Shown here: piece after piece, positions 18,296 through 28,447 of the stretch
Layout: every line of letters begins with the position of its first letter
Numbering within the stretch: position 1 is the stretch's first letter
Origin: Thermoproteota archaeon
GTDB taxonomy: Archaea; Korarchaeota; Korarchaeia; Korarchaeales; JAOZGB01
Direction of reading: 5' to 3'
Assembly: GCA_037917685.1 (NCBI GenBank)
Contig: JAVCBU010000006.1
Span: 224,001 to 288,000 of the forward strand
Length of the DNA stretch: 64,000 nucleotides
The notes under the pieces: generated by a model
Told to the model about the DNA's origin: nothing
Databases searched by the model: none
The model's input: only the letters and a program-made list of their open reading frames with translations
Made by a program: the position numbers and the translations under genes

Positions 18296-19565
18296 AAAAG
18301 ATCCACCCCTCCATCACGTTCCAGTCCCATCCATAGCTGTCTGGAACGGCAGCGCCATATACGATGGTTCCTCTCCATACTGAATACTTTGGATCTTTAA
18401 CCATTCTTACATTAACATTCTCCAGCCCTAGTTCTTTCATCATTAACTTAACCTTTGTTGGGGCATCTACAGCTATATCCGAAAGCTTCCTGGGAACCTT
18501 CCAGCTGAAACTCCCGCCGGAGAGGATAATCTGCTTATAAAGTTCAGCCTGTATTTCAACCGCGCACAGTTCAACTGCCGTTCTAATCGCTTCAGACAGT
18601 TTTGCCTTACCAGGTACGACCCTATTACCTATAACTGTGTCGTTTGGAGGTGGGAAACCTCTAGTATAATAGCTTTCAAATATCTCATGTGAAGGATTGA
18701 ACATATATTCCCCTATTAGAAATCTCTGCCATGCCTTATCGCCCATGTCTATTTCAACCATTGTTCCAGGAATCCTAAATTTTCCACTTATCCTCTCTGG
18801 GTACATTCTACACCAATCTATGGCTTTATCCAGTGCTACAGGTATTAGGCCGGCTTGTTCTTTGAAGAGAGTGACAAGCTTCTCCTCCCTAGCTAGGTCT
18901 GAATAGCCCAGATCTCTAAGAATCTGTCTTGTAATAGCGTTCGAATCACTTCCTCCACGGTTTAGAGGTATCAGAGCCGTCCTAATTATATCCCTGCTAA
19001 TAGGGGCTATTTGCGTGTTGCCGTGGCCGCCCTCAATTACAATACAAGTTGTAGCCCCCTCAGCTATAGCAACAGATAGAGGCTGAGGGATTATAGTGAA
19101 GGCTTTTATTAGTCCCGTTTCTGCCTCGACTTCCCTATGGATTTCTATAAGCCTTTCATACATATATCGTGGAGCCTGAGCTGCAAGTGCCGCAACTACA
19201 TAGTACCCGTTAAAATCTCTAAATTTTTCATCCTCCATGGGGGGTTTAAACTTCTGTATCCCGTATCTAGTAAGTTCTTTAACAACGAGCCATCCCCTCT
19301 CATCTTTTCTTTCAACTACGCCGTTCCGCATCGGATAATAAAGCCTCACAAGCTCATCTCTAGACTCTATATACTTCGGTACTTCTGGTCCTACGATGAC
19401 CTCCTTTTCCTCGTAGCCTCTTATCTCAGAAATAACACGGGACATCCTCGGGAAATACCCCCTGTTTTCTACAATTTCGGGTTTGTCACCAAGCCAGCCA
19501 GGCCCATACTTATACAACGAAGTGCCGTAGTCTTCTCCGAATACTTGAGCTACACTCCTCCCCAC
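18288..19565 (-). CDS. Crenactin (archaeal actin homolog)
   Basis: DYGTSLYKYGP, YPMRNGV, IPQPLSVAIAE, IEGGHGNTQIAPIS, LNRGG, RFLIGE, IILSGGSFSW, YSVWRG, EGW all match crenactin motifs. Confidence 0.95.
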   Translation of the reverse strand: MGRSVAQVFGEDYGTSLYKYGPGWLGDKPEIVENRGYFPRMSRVISEIRGYEEKEVIVGPEVPKYIESRDELVRLYYPMRNGVVERKDERGWLVVKELTRYGIQKFKPPMEDEKFRDFNGYYVVAALAAQAPRYMYERLIEIHREVEAETGLIKAFTIIPQPLSVAIAEGATTCIVIEGGHGNTQIAPISRDIIRTALIPLNRGGSDSNAITRQILRDLGYSDLAREEKLVTLFKEQAGLIPVALDKAIDWCRMYPERISGKFRIPGTMVEIDMGDKAWQRFLIGEYMFNPSHEIFESYYTRGFPPPNDTVIGNRVVPGKAKLSEAIRTAVELCAVEIQAELYKQIILSGGSFSWKVPRKLSDIAVDAPTKVKLMMKELGLENVNVRMVKDPKYSVWRGTIVYGAAVPDSYGWDWNVMEGWIFFK

Positions 19566-19585
19566 CTAAACCTACCCCCAACTAT

Positions 19586-20122
19586 CTATAAATTCTGGTT
19601 AATAAAGTACTCTCCGCACACCTTTAAACCTTTAAATAGAACACCCTCTCTCTTCAGGATCGCCTTCTTAACCCTTATGCCGTAACTGTACCCTCCAATG
19701 TCACCATTCTTCCTAACCACCCTATGACATGGGTACAATAAGGGGAAGGGGTTTTTTGCTAGGAGTTTCCCTGCAAGTCTCGGTTTTACTCCTATATTCA
19801 ATCCAAGCCAACTGTAGGAAGCCACTTTCCCTCTTGGTATTCTTTTTAGCACTTCTAAAGCCTTTCCTAAAATCCCCTTGGGAATCATTAAGTTTTCTTT
19901 TTCTATTCTTGCATGCCTTCCATAGTAAAGTCGTATTATTTTCGAAGCATATCTTTTCGCGAAATCGTCATCTGTGTGGACCTCTAGTTCACCCCTATAT
20001 TTCGAGGTATGTTTTATAATCAGTTTCAAACTCTTCAAAGGGATAGTATTCCATGTAATAAAGCCTTCTTCGAGGCCTATTCCCACCCATAGGTTATTCA
20101 TCCTTACTGCGAGTTTTCTCAT
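19586..20122 (-). CDS. ogt: Methylated-DNA--protein-cysteine methyltransferase
   Basis: IPRGKVASY, NPFPLLYPCHRVV, GGY. Confidence 0.92.
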   Translation of the reverse strand: MRKLAVRMNNLWVGIGLEEGFITWNTIPLKSLKLIIKHTSKYRGELEVHTDDDFAKRYASKIIRLYYGRHARIEKENLMIPKGILGKALEVLKRIPRGKVASYSWLGLNIGVKPRLAGKLLAKNPFPLLYPCHRVVRKNGDIGGYSYGIRVKKAILKREGVLFKGLKVCGEYFINQNL

Positions 20123-20155
20123 CTGGTTTTAAAGGCATGTCTTATCAATTTATAC

Positions 20156-21217
20156 TTGATGATCGAGATAGATGGTAGTTACGGGGAAGGCGGCGGGGCC
20201 ATATTTAGGAATGCACTTGCGCTTTCTTCTGTTACACTTGAACCAGTAAAGATTTTTAATATTAGAGCTAAAAGACCGACACCCGGCCTTAAACCTCAAC
20301 ATCTTACAGTAGCTAAAGCTCTCGCCCGAATAACTGATGCTGACGTTTCTGGTCTAGAGATAGGCTCGACTTCAGTAACATTTATACCTCGAATGAGAAG
20401 GGCTGGAAACTACTTTTTCGACATAGGAACAGCCGGAAGTGTAACCCTATTCTTGCAAGCCCTGGTTCCAGTTGCAGTATTCTCCAAATCCCCTGTTACA
20501 CTTAAAGTGAAGGGGGGCACAGATGTCAAATGGTCTCCAACAATAGACTACTATAAAAACGTTTTTTTAGCCACTCTTAAAAAGATGGGGGTAAATGCAA
20601 ATATAGAGGTTAGCAGAAGAGGGCACTATCCAAAGGGAGGGGGAATTTGTATTTTTGAGTCGAAGCCTGTCGGTAGACTCAAACCTATACGAATAGTTAA
20701 GCTTGGAGAAATATTAGAGATAAAAGGCGTTGCTCATTCCATAAAACTACCTAAACACGTTGCTGAAAGGATGGCTAAATCTGCAGAACATTACATTAGA
20801 AGGACAGGGTTTAACGTGCCCATCGACATAGAACTTGATGTTAAAGAAAACTCTGAGCACCTCGGACCTGGTGCAGGGATGTCCTTATGGGCTATCTCCA
20901 GCACGGGAGCTATCGTCGGATCAGACTCGCTAGGCGAGCGAGGGAAACCCAGCGAAAAAGTTGGTTTCGAGGCTGCTAAAAAACTTCTTAAAGTGATAGA
21001 AGCAAAATGTCCCGTTGATCCCCACCTCTCCGACATGCTTATATTGTACATGGCTTTAGCGGGAGGCACATCCACCATCGTTACATCCAAACTTACTATG
21101 CACACAAAGTCAAACATATGGGTAGCCGAAAAGATGTTAAATGTTAACTTCAGTATTGAGAAAGATAAAGGCAAATGTATAATATCAGTACAGGGTATTG
21201 GATTATTAACTCAATAA
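20156..21217 (+). CDS. rtcA: RNA 3'-terminal phosphate cyclase
   Basis: IDGSYGEGGG, IRAKRPTPGLKPQH, GGTDVKWSP, RRGHYPKGGG, TMHTKSN. Confidence 0.96.
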   Translation: MMIEIDGSYGEGGGAIFRNALALSSVTLEPVKIFNIRAKRPTPGLKPQHLTVAKALARITDADVSGLEIGSTSVTFIPRMRRAGNYFFDIGTAGSVTLFLQALVPVAVFSKSPVTLKVKGGTDVKWSPTIDYYKNVFLATLKKMGVNANIEVSRRGHYPKGGGICIFESKPVGRLKPIRIVKLGEILEIKGVAHSIKLPKHVAERMAKSAEHYIRRTGFNVPIDIELDVKENSEHLGPGAGMSLWAISSTGAIVGSDSLGERGKPSEKVGFEAAKKLLKVIEAKCPVDPHLSDMLILYMALAGGTSTIVTSKLTMHTKSNIWVAEKMLNVNFSIEKDKGKCIISVQGIGLLTQ

Positions 21218-21232
21218 AGGTGTTTCTCACAA

Positions 21233-22966
21233 TTGGACTTTGAGAAAATCGTATCCTATATAGTTGAGAAGTCTAACCTAACCAGGGAAGAAGTTTATAG
21301 AAGAATAAAGGAGTACCAAGAGGAGTTCAGGGGTTTCCTTAACCCTGAAGGGGCGGCTTACGTGCTCGCATCGGAGCTGGGAATAGAACTTCCCAAACCC
21401 TCAACTTCTGAAGTCATATTGTCAATTAACAAGCTAATTCCAGGAATGAGAAGAATAAGGGTGGCGGGGAGAGTTGTAAGGATTTACCCTGTGACTAGCT
21501 TTACAAGAAAGGACGGTTCAACAGGATTTAGAAGAGAGATTAAAATTGCGGACGAAACAGGCCAGGCATACATCGTAATATGGGCCCCTAAGGAAGCTCT
21601 TGAAAATATAGAGTTTGAGGAGGGAGACGTAATTAAAGTCATCGGTGGAAGGGTAAGAGTTAACAGTAGAAACGAGAAAGCAATCCATATAGACCCTTCT
21701 TCAGGTCGAATAGTTCCCTATGAGGGTGACACCTCTAAATTTCCCAATGTACAGATACCAATGCTAAAAATAAGTGAAATCTCATCAGAGACCGCCGAGG
21801 TAGACGTTACTGGTACCGTCGTATTCGCATCAGGTGTCAAAAACTTTGAAAGACCGGACGGCAGGGAAGGTCGTATGCTATATGCAATCTTAGAAGATAA
21901 TACCCAGCAAGTGAGGGCTGTTTTCTGGAGGAAAGCCGTTGATGAAGCTGTAAACCTCAAAATTGGAGATAGAATAATAATTCGATCTGCCAGGATCAGA
22001 AGATCCGTAGATGGAAACTTTGAAGTCCACGCAGGATCCAGATCAAGCATTAAAGTCATCTCTTATGGTGAAAAAGAAGAATTAGAGTTTAGAAAGCTTT
22101 CCGAGATTAAGGGAGACATGCAATATGTTAATGTAAAAGCCGTCTTACTTAGGAAATTCGAGGTAATACCCTACACTAGGCGGGATGGAAGTACATCAGA
22201 AATGCTGGAAATATTGTTAGGAGACGACACAGCAGTTGTCAGAGGATACGCATGGGGCGAAGCAGCGAAACACATCAAAGAGATGGCCACCCCAACCCTC
22301 CTGGAAATTAAAGGGGCGAAGGCAAGGATCGAAGGAGAAAACATATCGATCCACATAGGAAAGAATGTTAGTATTACAGAGCTTCCATTAGATAAAGATT
22401 ACAAAATAGTAACGGTTAACGAGGATAATTTGTACCCGCGAAAATGGCTTGGCGAACTGTCCGAAGGATTCTACGAAGTTAGAGGTACTGTGGTATACGT
22501 CAGCGACAGCCTCTCTATTACAAGATTCTGTAAAAAATGTGGCGCTCACACAAGTTATGAGTACGGGAGACACATATGCCCAAAATGTGGGGAGGTCGAA
22601 GATGTTGAATTCTTACCCTCATTTTTCATATTCATTGACGACGGCACAGGCTCAATCCAAATTTCATTCTTTAGAGAGGTAGCGGAGGAGATAGTAGGGA
22701 AAACAGTTGAACAGATGCTTACAGAGATTGACCAGCTGGGTTTCCAACCATTCAAGTATCCACTAGACGCTCTAAGAGAGAAACTTTTAGGGAAGGAGGT
22801 AACAGTAAGAGGTAAAATAAGGTTTAAAGGGGATATGCAAGCATTCACCATGAGAGGCAAAGACTTGAAATTCGCATCTCCAATCACCGAAGCTAAAATG
22901 TTAATCTCAGAAATAGAGGAAAAACTCTTACCAGAAATCACAAAGCGGTTTGAGGAAAATGAGTAG
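21233..22966 (+). CDS. rpa: Replication protein A (multiple OB folds plus Zn finger)
   Basis: Repeated F(T/E)RxDG..D(E/D)TG..W OB units; CKKC..CPKC; DDGTGSI in the last OB fold. Confidence 0.9.
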   Translation: MDFEKIVSYIVEKSNLTREEVYRRIKEYQEEFRGFLNPEGAAYVLASELGIELPKPSTSEVILSINKLIPGMRRIRVAGRVVRIYPVTSFTRKDGSTGFRREIKIADETGQAYIVIWAPKEALENIEFEEGDVIKVIGGRVRVNSRNEKAIHIDPSSGRIVPYEGDTSKFPNVQIPMLKISEISSETAEVDVTGTVVFASGVKNFERPDGREGRMLYAILEDNTQQVRAVFWRKAVDEAVNLKIGDRIIIRSARIRRSVDGNFEVHAGSRSSIKVISYGEKEELEFRKLSEIKGDMQYVNVKAVLLRKFEVIPYTRRDGSTSEMLEILLGDDTAVVRGYAWGEAAKHIKEMATPTLLEIKGAKARIEGENISIHIGKNVSITELPLDKDYKIVTVNEDNLYPRKWLGELSEGFYEVRGTVVYVSDSLSITRFCKKCGAHTSYEYGRHICPKCGEVEDVEFLPSFFIFIDDGTGSIQISFFREVAEEIVGKTVEQMLTEIDQLGFQPFKYPLDALREKLLGKEVTVRGKIRFKGDMQAFTMRGKDLKFASPITEAKMLISEIEEKLLPEITKRFEENE

Positions 22967-23840
22967 CCTCCCACCCTACACCCTATTTGGCATCCAGTCT
23001 AAACTGCAAGAGTCAAAATATGTGGTATTACCAGTCCCTTACGATTCCACTTCATCATACATTCCTGGAAGCCGATTCGGCCCTCATAAGGTAATAGAAG
23101 CATCACGGGAAGTAGAACTCTACGATTTCGAAACAAGATTTCATCTTTCAGACGCTAAAATTCATACTTTACACGAGTTGAAACCTTATAGAGGGAATTC
23201 TGAAGAAATGTTGAGGAGAATAGCAGAGTCGGTGGCTAGAATATTCACCGATAGGAAATTCCCAATTGTATTGGGAGGAGAACACACTATAACTATCGGG
23301 GCTGTGGAAGCCGCACTCACACTATTCCCTGATCTGTGGGTAATAATACTCGATGCTCATGCAGACCTAAGGGATAGCTTTGAAGGTACAATGTACAGCC
23401 ACGCCTGTGTAGCTAGAAGGATATTAGATTTAACAGAAAATGTCATGTTATTAGGAGTGAGAAGTCTAAGCTTAGAGGAAGCTGAGCTGATAGAAAAAAC
23501 TAAAATAAGGGTGTTATATTCGGATAGTCTAAAACAGGACCTTGCATCCCAAGCTTTAGCTATAAGTTCAGAAATAGGGCAAAACCCTGTCTATCTATCT
23601 ATAGATATAGATGTCTTCGATCCAGCAGAGGTACCATGCGTTTCAACGCCGGAACCAGGAGGTTTAAATTGGGATATCACGATCCGGCTATTAAAAAGTC
23701 TATGCAAGCTTGACGTGATAGGCTTTGACATCGTGGAGTTTACACCCTGCATAGACGGAGGAAGATCTGCCATCCTAATATCTACTCTTATTAAGAAATT
23801 GATTTCATATATAGAATCAGGTAGTAGTAACCAAATTTAA
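22950..23840 (+). CDS. speB: Agmatinase
   Basis: PGSRFGP, GGEHTIT, DAHADLRD, SIDIDVFDP, TPEPGG. Confidence 0.93.
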   Translation: MRKMSSLPPYTLFGIQSKLQESKYVVLPVPYDSTSSYIPGSRFGPHKVIEASREVELYDFETRFHLSDAKIHTLHELKPYRGNSEEMLRRIAESVARIFTDRKFPIVLGGEHTITIGAVEAALTLFPDLWVIILDAHADLRDSFEGTMYSHACVARRILDLTENVMLLGVRSLSLEEAELIEKTKIRVLYSDSLKQDLASQALAISSEIGQNPVYLSIDIDVFDPAEVPCVSTPEPGGLNWDITIRLLKSLCKLDVIGFDIVEFTPCIDGGRSAILISTLIKKLISYIESGSSNQI

Positions 23841-24341
23841 CCGGCGGCTTAAAAACTCCATTATAATGCTAAGAACCCCAATCTCAAACCAGGCCTTCGC
23901 TAGGATTCCAGCAATCACGGCAAGTGAAAAAACTTCAGCTGCTTCAGGAGGCACAAACAATCTGACTAGGTACCGGAGAGACAAGAATGTAAAGATAAAT
24001 TCAGGAACGTAACCAATAACTACTGAAATCAACGGTCTGAATCTCCTTTTTAAGAATCCAACCATTAAACCAGTTAGCATTTTCCCAGGGAAGAAGAGTA
24101 GGCCGGCAACCGGCCCTAAAAAACCTCGTATTCCAAACCTGAAATAGGGCACGATAGATATCAATACACCTTCTATTCCACCCATGAGTGACCCGTATCT
24201 CAAAGCTATTAGTAAAGTAGCGAAGTGGGATAGGTCAAGGGCTATCTGAGGATGGAAAGATCCCAATTCTGTGGAAAGGAGAGCCAACCCATTCCCTACT
24301 GCACCCCAAATACATAGATCGGTGAGCTTCCTTGAATCCAT
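23817..24341 (-). CDS. Multi-pass membrane protein, possibly an ECF transporter S component
   Basis: 5-6 hydrophobic helices; ALRYGSLMGGIEG pattern. Confidence 0.6.
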   Translation of the reverse strand: MDSRKLTDLCIWGAVGNGLALLSTELGSFHPQIALDLSHFATLLIALRYGSLMGGIEGVLISIVPYFRFGIRGFLGPVAGLLFFPGKMLTGLMVGFLKRRFRPLISVVIGYVPEFIFTFLSLRYLVRLFVPPEAAEVFSLAVIAGILAKAWFEIGVLSIIMEFLSRRLNLVTTT

Positions 24342-24390
24342 ACCTGGTTTTTGACCAGCCTTTATTTTAATATTTGAGACAGTCTCAAAA

Positions 24391-25473
24391 TTAGGACAAA
24401 TCTTTTAGGTGCTTAACAAGCTCACCAAGATTCTTGTTCTCCTTAACAGAAATGTAAAACACTGGTTTATCCCCGATTAAGGCCTCTATTTCCTTGAGTT
24501 CCTTAATTCTCCTTTCTTTAATCTTATCAATCTTGTTGAAGACGAAGGTTATCTTATCATCCGCACCGATTTCTCTATACATCTTTAGAAGCGTGCAGAC
24601 TTTTAATTTTAAAACCTCGCTCCTATCCGAGGCGTCAAACATAACTAAAAGCCTATTTGCGGAACGTATATCCATAAGGTTTAATTCAAATGACTGGATA
24701 AGCCTAGGGTCCTGGTCCAATACGAAGCCTATTGTATCTACAAGGTATAGGTTTCCATTGAAAATCGATGAATACTTGCTTGATAGAGTTGTAAAGGGCA
24801 TATCGCTAACGGGTTTCTTGCAACCGGTAAGTTCGTTGAATAGCGACGTCTTACCAGCATTATAGTAGCCCGAGATACATACTATAGGAGCCCCAAATTC
24901 TCTGATCTTATCGATCTGCATCTTCTTTCTCTTCTTAATCTTTTCTATTTCACCCCTGATTCTCTTAATCCTTTTGTGGAGCGCTGATATAGTCTTATGG
25001 TAGGCATACTCGCCGGGTCCTCTGAACCCGGCTTTATGTCTCAGATATTTCATGGATGCTCTCAGCTTCACATAGGGAAACTCTTTCTCAATTGAGGCCA
25101 ACTCTATCTGCAGTTTTGATAATTTGTCAGTTGCAGCCTCCTTAAATATTTCCAAAACCACATCATATCTATCGTACACAGGCACTTGAAACAATTTTTC
25201 AAGATTATATCTCTGCTTGCTTGTTAGAATGTTATAGAATACAACTATATCTGGTTTGTTCTTATAGACTAAATCCTTGATTTCGTAAGCTTTACCCTTA
25301 CCGACACAGTAGTTCACGGTAGGTTTCAATCTACTCTGTATAACCTTTTTGATCGTACTATATCTAAGGGTTAATAGAAGCTTCTCTAATTCTCTAATCT
25401 TTATCAAGTATGCTAGGTGATCATGTATGTCTGTTTTCACCATACATAGAACGGCTTTCCTCATGCATTGCAC
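24391..25473 (-). CDS. hflX: HflX-family GTPase
   Basis: GKGKAYEI, VYDRYDVVLEIF, KLQIELA, GPGE, GYYNAGKTSLFN, FTTL, DTIGF, NKID. Confidence 0.9.
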   Translation of the reverse strand: MQCMRKAVLCMVKTDIHDHLAYLIKIRELEKLLLTLRYSTIKKVIQSRLKPTVNYCVGKGKAYEIKDLVYKNKPDIVVFYNILTSKQRYNLEKLFQVPVYDRYDVVLEIFKEAATDKLSKLQIELASIEKEFPYVKLRASMKYLRHKAGFRGPGEYAYHKTISALHKRIKRIRGEIEKIKKRKKMQIDKIREFGAPIVCISGYYNAGKTSLFNELTGCKKPVSDMPFTTLSSKYSSIFNGNLYLVDTIGFVLDQDPRLIQSFELNLMDIRSANRLLVMFDASDRSEVLKLKVCTLLKMYREIGADDKITFVFNKIDKIKERRIKELKEIEALIGDKPVFYISVKENKNLGELVKHLKDLS

Positions 25474-26803
25474 CTATGGGAATGGTGGGTTTCTTGAAGA
25501 GTTTCGGGTCACCCTTTATCGTAGCATCTATAATAACCTTACTCCGAGGTGTTTCTATAAACTTTCCCCCCATTCTCCTCATATTGCTGTGATCCAAACT
25601 CGATCCTCTAACGTTTCTTATTATCAAGTAATCTTCAGAGGGATTGGCTCTTTGTATAACAGCGCTCATTACTTCCAAGTAGTTAGTAACATCCACATCA
25701 GGATCCACAATTATCACACTCTTAAGGCTTTTATGCGCGTATATCGCAGATAGCCCTACCAGAAAAGGCTGATCGTCGGTCTCCTTTTCTATGCTTATCG
25801 CAACTTCAAGCCAGCCTTTACCAGCTGGAGTGGTGGCTACAGCCTTAACATTAGCATGCTTCCTCGCCGCCTGAATTACCGCAGCTTCAACAGGGATACC
25901 CATTAGAAGAGAATGTTCCATTCCACCTGGTAGTATAGCTTGGTATACAGGGTTCCGTTTCATGGAGATCGCTTCAACCTTTAAAACAGGCTGCCTTCTA
26001 ACAATATCAACACCAAGAATCTCGTAGAAAGGCCCTTCATCAGCCCTTTCACCAGCTATTAGCCTTCCCTCCAGAACAACCTGACTACACGATGGAACAT
26101 ACGCGTTGACAGATCTAACCCTTGACATTTCAATAGGCTCCCCTGCAATGCCCCCCGCTACCCTAACTTTGTCTTCCATGGTAGGTATCGCTGAGGCGAG
26201 AAGTAAGGGCATAGGCAATCCTATTGCGGTAGCCACCTCCAAATCCTCTCCCTCCATTTCAGCTCTTTTGAACTCTCTGAGAAGTCTCCTTCCAGCGACA
26301 ATTCTCACAGCCAGTTTATTCCTAGCTACGACCATCATCCTGTGAAAAGAAGCTGAAAAAAGCCCTGTGTCCCGTTCCTTAACAAATATGACTCCTGAAG
26401 TTATGTATGGAGAAGGTTCGCAATCGTAATGATGCAGAATAGGGAGTTTTCTTAAGTCTGGGTCTTCCAAGTAGATATCCCAGGCGTAATCTCTTAAAAG
26501 ATAATCTCGCTTCTCCTTAAGCCCTCCTTCAACCTTAGCTGTCAGGCCATTTATACTTGTGTTAAGTAATGTTGCTATATTAAGTCTTGAGGTTGCAATG
26601 TTCGCTGCAACATTCCACAATTCACCAGTCAAACTACGAACATTCTTAAGATAAACAGCGTACCTCCCATCATATCTTGCAATTATACTTGCAGCCTCAA
26701 ATTCGCAGCTAACTTCATCCCTGAAAGTTTTAATTAGTCCTTTGCTCTCGAGTTTATCGAGATCTTTCCTTAGATCCACATCTATTTGACGCCTAGCACA
26801 CAT
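25421..26803 (-). CDS. ubiD: UbiD-family prFMN-dependent decarboxylase (possibly anhydromevalonate phosphate decarboxylase)
   Basis: SFHRM, EGPF, LPGGMEH, IVDPDVD, GSSLD, IDAT. Confidence 0.88.
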   Translation of the reverse strand: MCARRQIDVDLRKDLDKLESKGLIKTFRDEVSCEFEAASIIARYDGRYAVYLKNVRSLTGELWNVAANIATSRLNIATLLNTSINGLTAKVEGGLKEKRDYLLRDYAWDIYLEDPDLRKLPILHHYDCEPSPYITSGVIFVKERDTGLFSASFHRMMVVARNKLAVRIVAGRRLLREFKRAEMEGEDLEVATAIGLPMPLLLASAIPTMEDKVRVAGGIAGEPIEMSRVRSVNAYVPSCSQVVLEGRLIAGERADEGPFYEILGVDIVRRQPVLKVEAISMKRNPVYQAILPGGMEHSLLMGIPVEAAVIQAARKHANVKAVATTPAGKGWLEVAISIEKETDDQPFLVGLSAIYAHKSLKSVIIVDPDVDVTNYLEVMSAVIQRANPSEDYLIIRNVRGSSLDHSNMRRMGGKFIETPRSKVIIDATIKGDPKLFKKPTIPIGAMHEESRSMYGENRHT

Positions 26804-26877
26804 TAAATTTTTTCCTGATAAAGTTTCTTCCTTCGATAGTTTAATTAATTGCTTACTGTGTAATTCATAAGGTTGAA

Positions 26878-28167
26878 TTGGACGCCGAAGAAAGAATCGA
26901 AATTCAGAAGATATGGGATTTACCTCAGGGTTCAGAGGTTAAAATAAGAGGATGGATATACACAAAGAGCCACGTTGGGGGAATGTTATTTATAAATGTG
27001 AGAGATTCCACAGGTATAGTGCAATCAGTATTTAAAGAAGATACGCTAGGCCCTAAGTTACAAGAAATCCTGACGGTAGGAAGAGAATCATCAATTACTA
27101 TAACAGGGACGGTAAACATAGATGAAAGAGCACCATTAGGCAGGGAAATTATCGTAAAAGACTTTAAAATCGTAGGTGAAAGCAAAGACTATCCTATTAG
27201 GCCAGGAATGTCTGTTGAAACCCTATTAGACCTTAGGCACCTCTACCTACGAGGTAGAAAACCATCAGCTGTCATGAAAATAAGGTCTGAGGTTTTAAAA
27301 GCATTGAGAGAATGGTTCAACGCAAACGGATACGTGGAAACAACAGCTCCAACATTTGTAAGTTCAGCGGTTGAAGGTGGGGCAACCCTGTTTCCAGTAA
27401 ACTATTTCGGCAGAGAAGTATATCTAACCCAGAGCTCACAGTTCTATCTAGAAGCCATGATATTCTCTTTGGAGAAAGTTTATACCATTCAACCTAGCTT
27501 TAGAGCCGAAAAATCAAGAACAAGGAGACATCTATGTGAGTACACTCACGCCGAGGCAGAGATAGCATACGCAGACCTAAACGACATAATGGATATATGT
27601 GAGAAACTCGTTAAGCATGTCTGCAAAGTAGTAGTTGAGAGGTGCGAGAGAGAGCTAAGAATACTTAACAGAGAATTTAAGCCCCTAAATGACCGCTTCC
27701 CAAGGATAACATACGATGAAGCCCTCCAAATCTGCGGTGAGGAAGGAGTAAACATTGCATGGGGAGAAGACTTATCCACCGAAGCCGAAAGAGCTATTTG
27801 CAGACATTATGGCAAGCCTGTTTTTGTTTATAAGTTTCCAAAGCAGACAAGAGCTTTCTACCACATGCCAGATCCCAAAAACGAACAAGTAGTGCTATCG
27901 ACAGATCTTTTAGCACCTGAAGACACGGGAGAGCTGATAGGTGGCGGCCAGAGGATATCAGATTACGACCTTCTCAAAACAAGGATACTTGAGGAAATAG
28001 GAACAACAGAGGGATACGAGTGGTACTTAGATCTAAGAAGGTACGGTAGCGTGCCGCATGCTGGTTTCGGTCTAGGTGTAGAAAGACTTGTAAAATGGAT
28101 AGCAGGGCTCTCACACATAAGAGACGCGATACCATTCCCTAGAACTCCGGCAAGGGTATATCCATAA
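26878..28167 (+). CDS. asnS: Asparagine--tRNA ligase
   Basis: LRHLYLR, EGGATLF, YLTQSSQFYLE, SFRAEKSRTRRHL, LDLRRYGSVPHAGFGLG. Confidence 0.92.
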   Translation: MDAEERIEIQKIWDLPQGSEVKIRGWIYTKSHVGGMLFINVRDSTGIVQSVFKEDTLGPKLQEILTVGRESSITITGTVNIDERAPLGREIIVKDFKIVGESKDYPIRPGMSVETLLDLRHLYLRGRKPSAVMKIRSEVLKALREWFNANGYVETTAPTFVSSAVEGGATLFPVNYFGREVYLTQSSQFYLEAMIFSLEKVYTIQPSFRAEKSRTRRHLCEYTHAEAEIAYADLNDIMDICEKLVKHVCKVVVERCERELRILNREFKPLNDRFPRITYDEALQICGEEGVNIAWGEDLSTEAERAICRHYGKPVFVYKFPKQTRAFYHMPDPKNEQVVLSTDLLAPEDTGELIGGGQRISDYDLLKTRILEEIGTTEGYEWYLDLRRYGSVPHAGFGLGVERLVKWIAGLSHIRDAIPFPRTPARVYP

Positions 28168-28200
28168 ACTTTAAATGTAGACGCTGGCTCAACCGGTAGG

Positions 28201-28446
28201 GTGACAAGGATGGGAATGCGTGTAGGTGTACCAATGACCGATGTTATCCTTGAAGAACTCAAAAAGAGAGCTGTAGATGCAGTGGTTTGGAGAATATACT
28301 ATCCCATGAGAAAAGAAGACCCGATAGAGGTGACCGTAGAACCCGGCACAGCCACGCTACCACTTGAGTTCACGGTCAACAATAGAAAAGTTGTGGTGAA
28401 AGAGGGAACAAGGCCTCCAAGGGCTGCCGCGAGAAGAACAGAGTAA
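28201..28446 (+). CDS. Small hypothetical protein, probably leaderless
   Basis: Fills the gap between genes; TTTAAAT about 25 nt upstream; no recognised family. Confidence 0.7.
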   Translation: MTRMGMRVGVPMTDVILEELKKRAVDAVVWRIYYPMRKEDPIEVTVEPGTATLPLEFTVNNRKVVVKEGTRPPRAAARRTE

Positions 28447-28447
28447 G

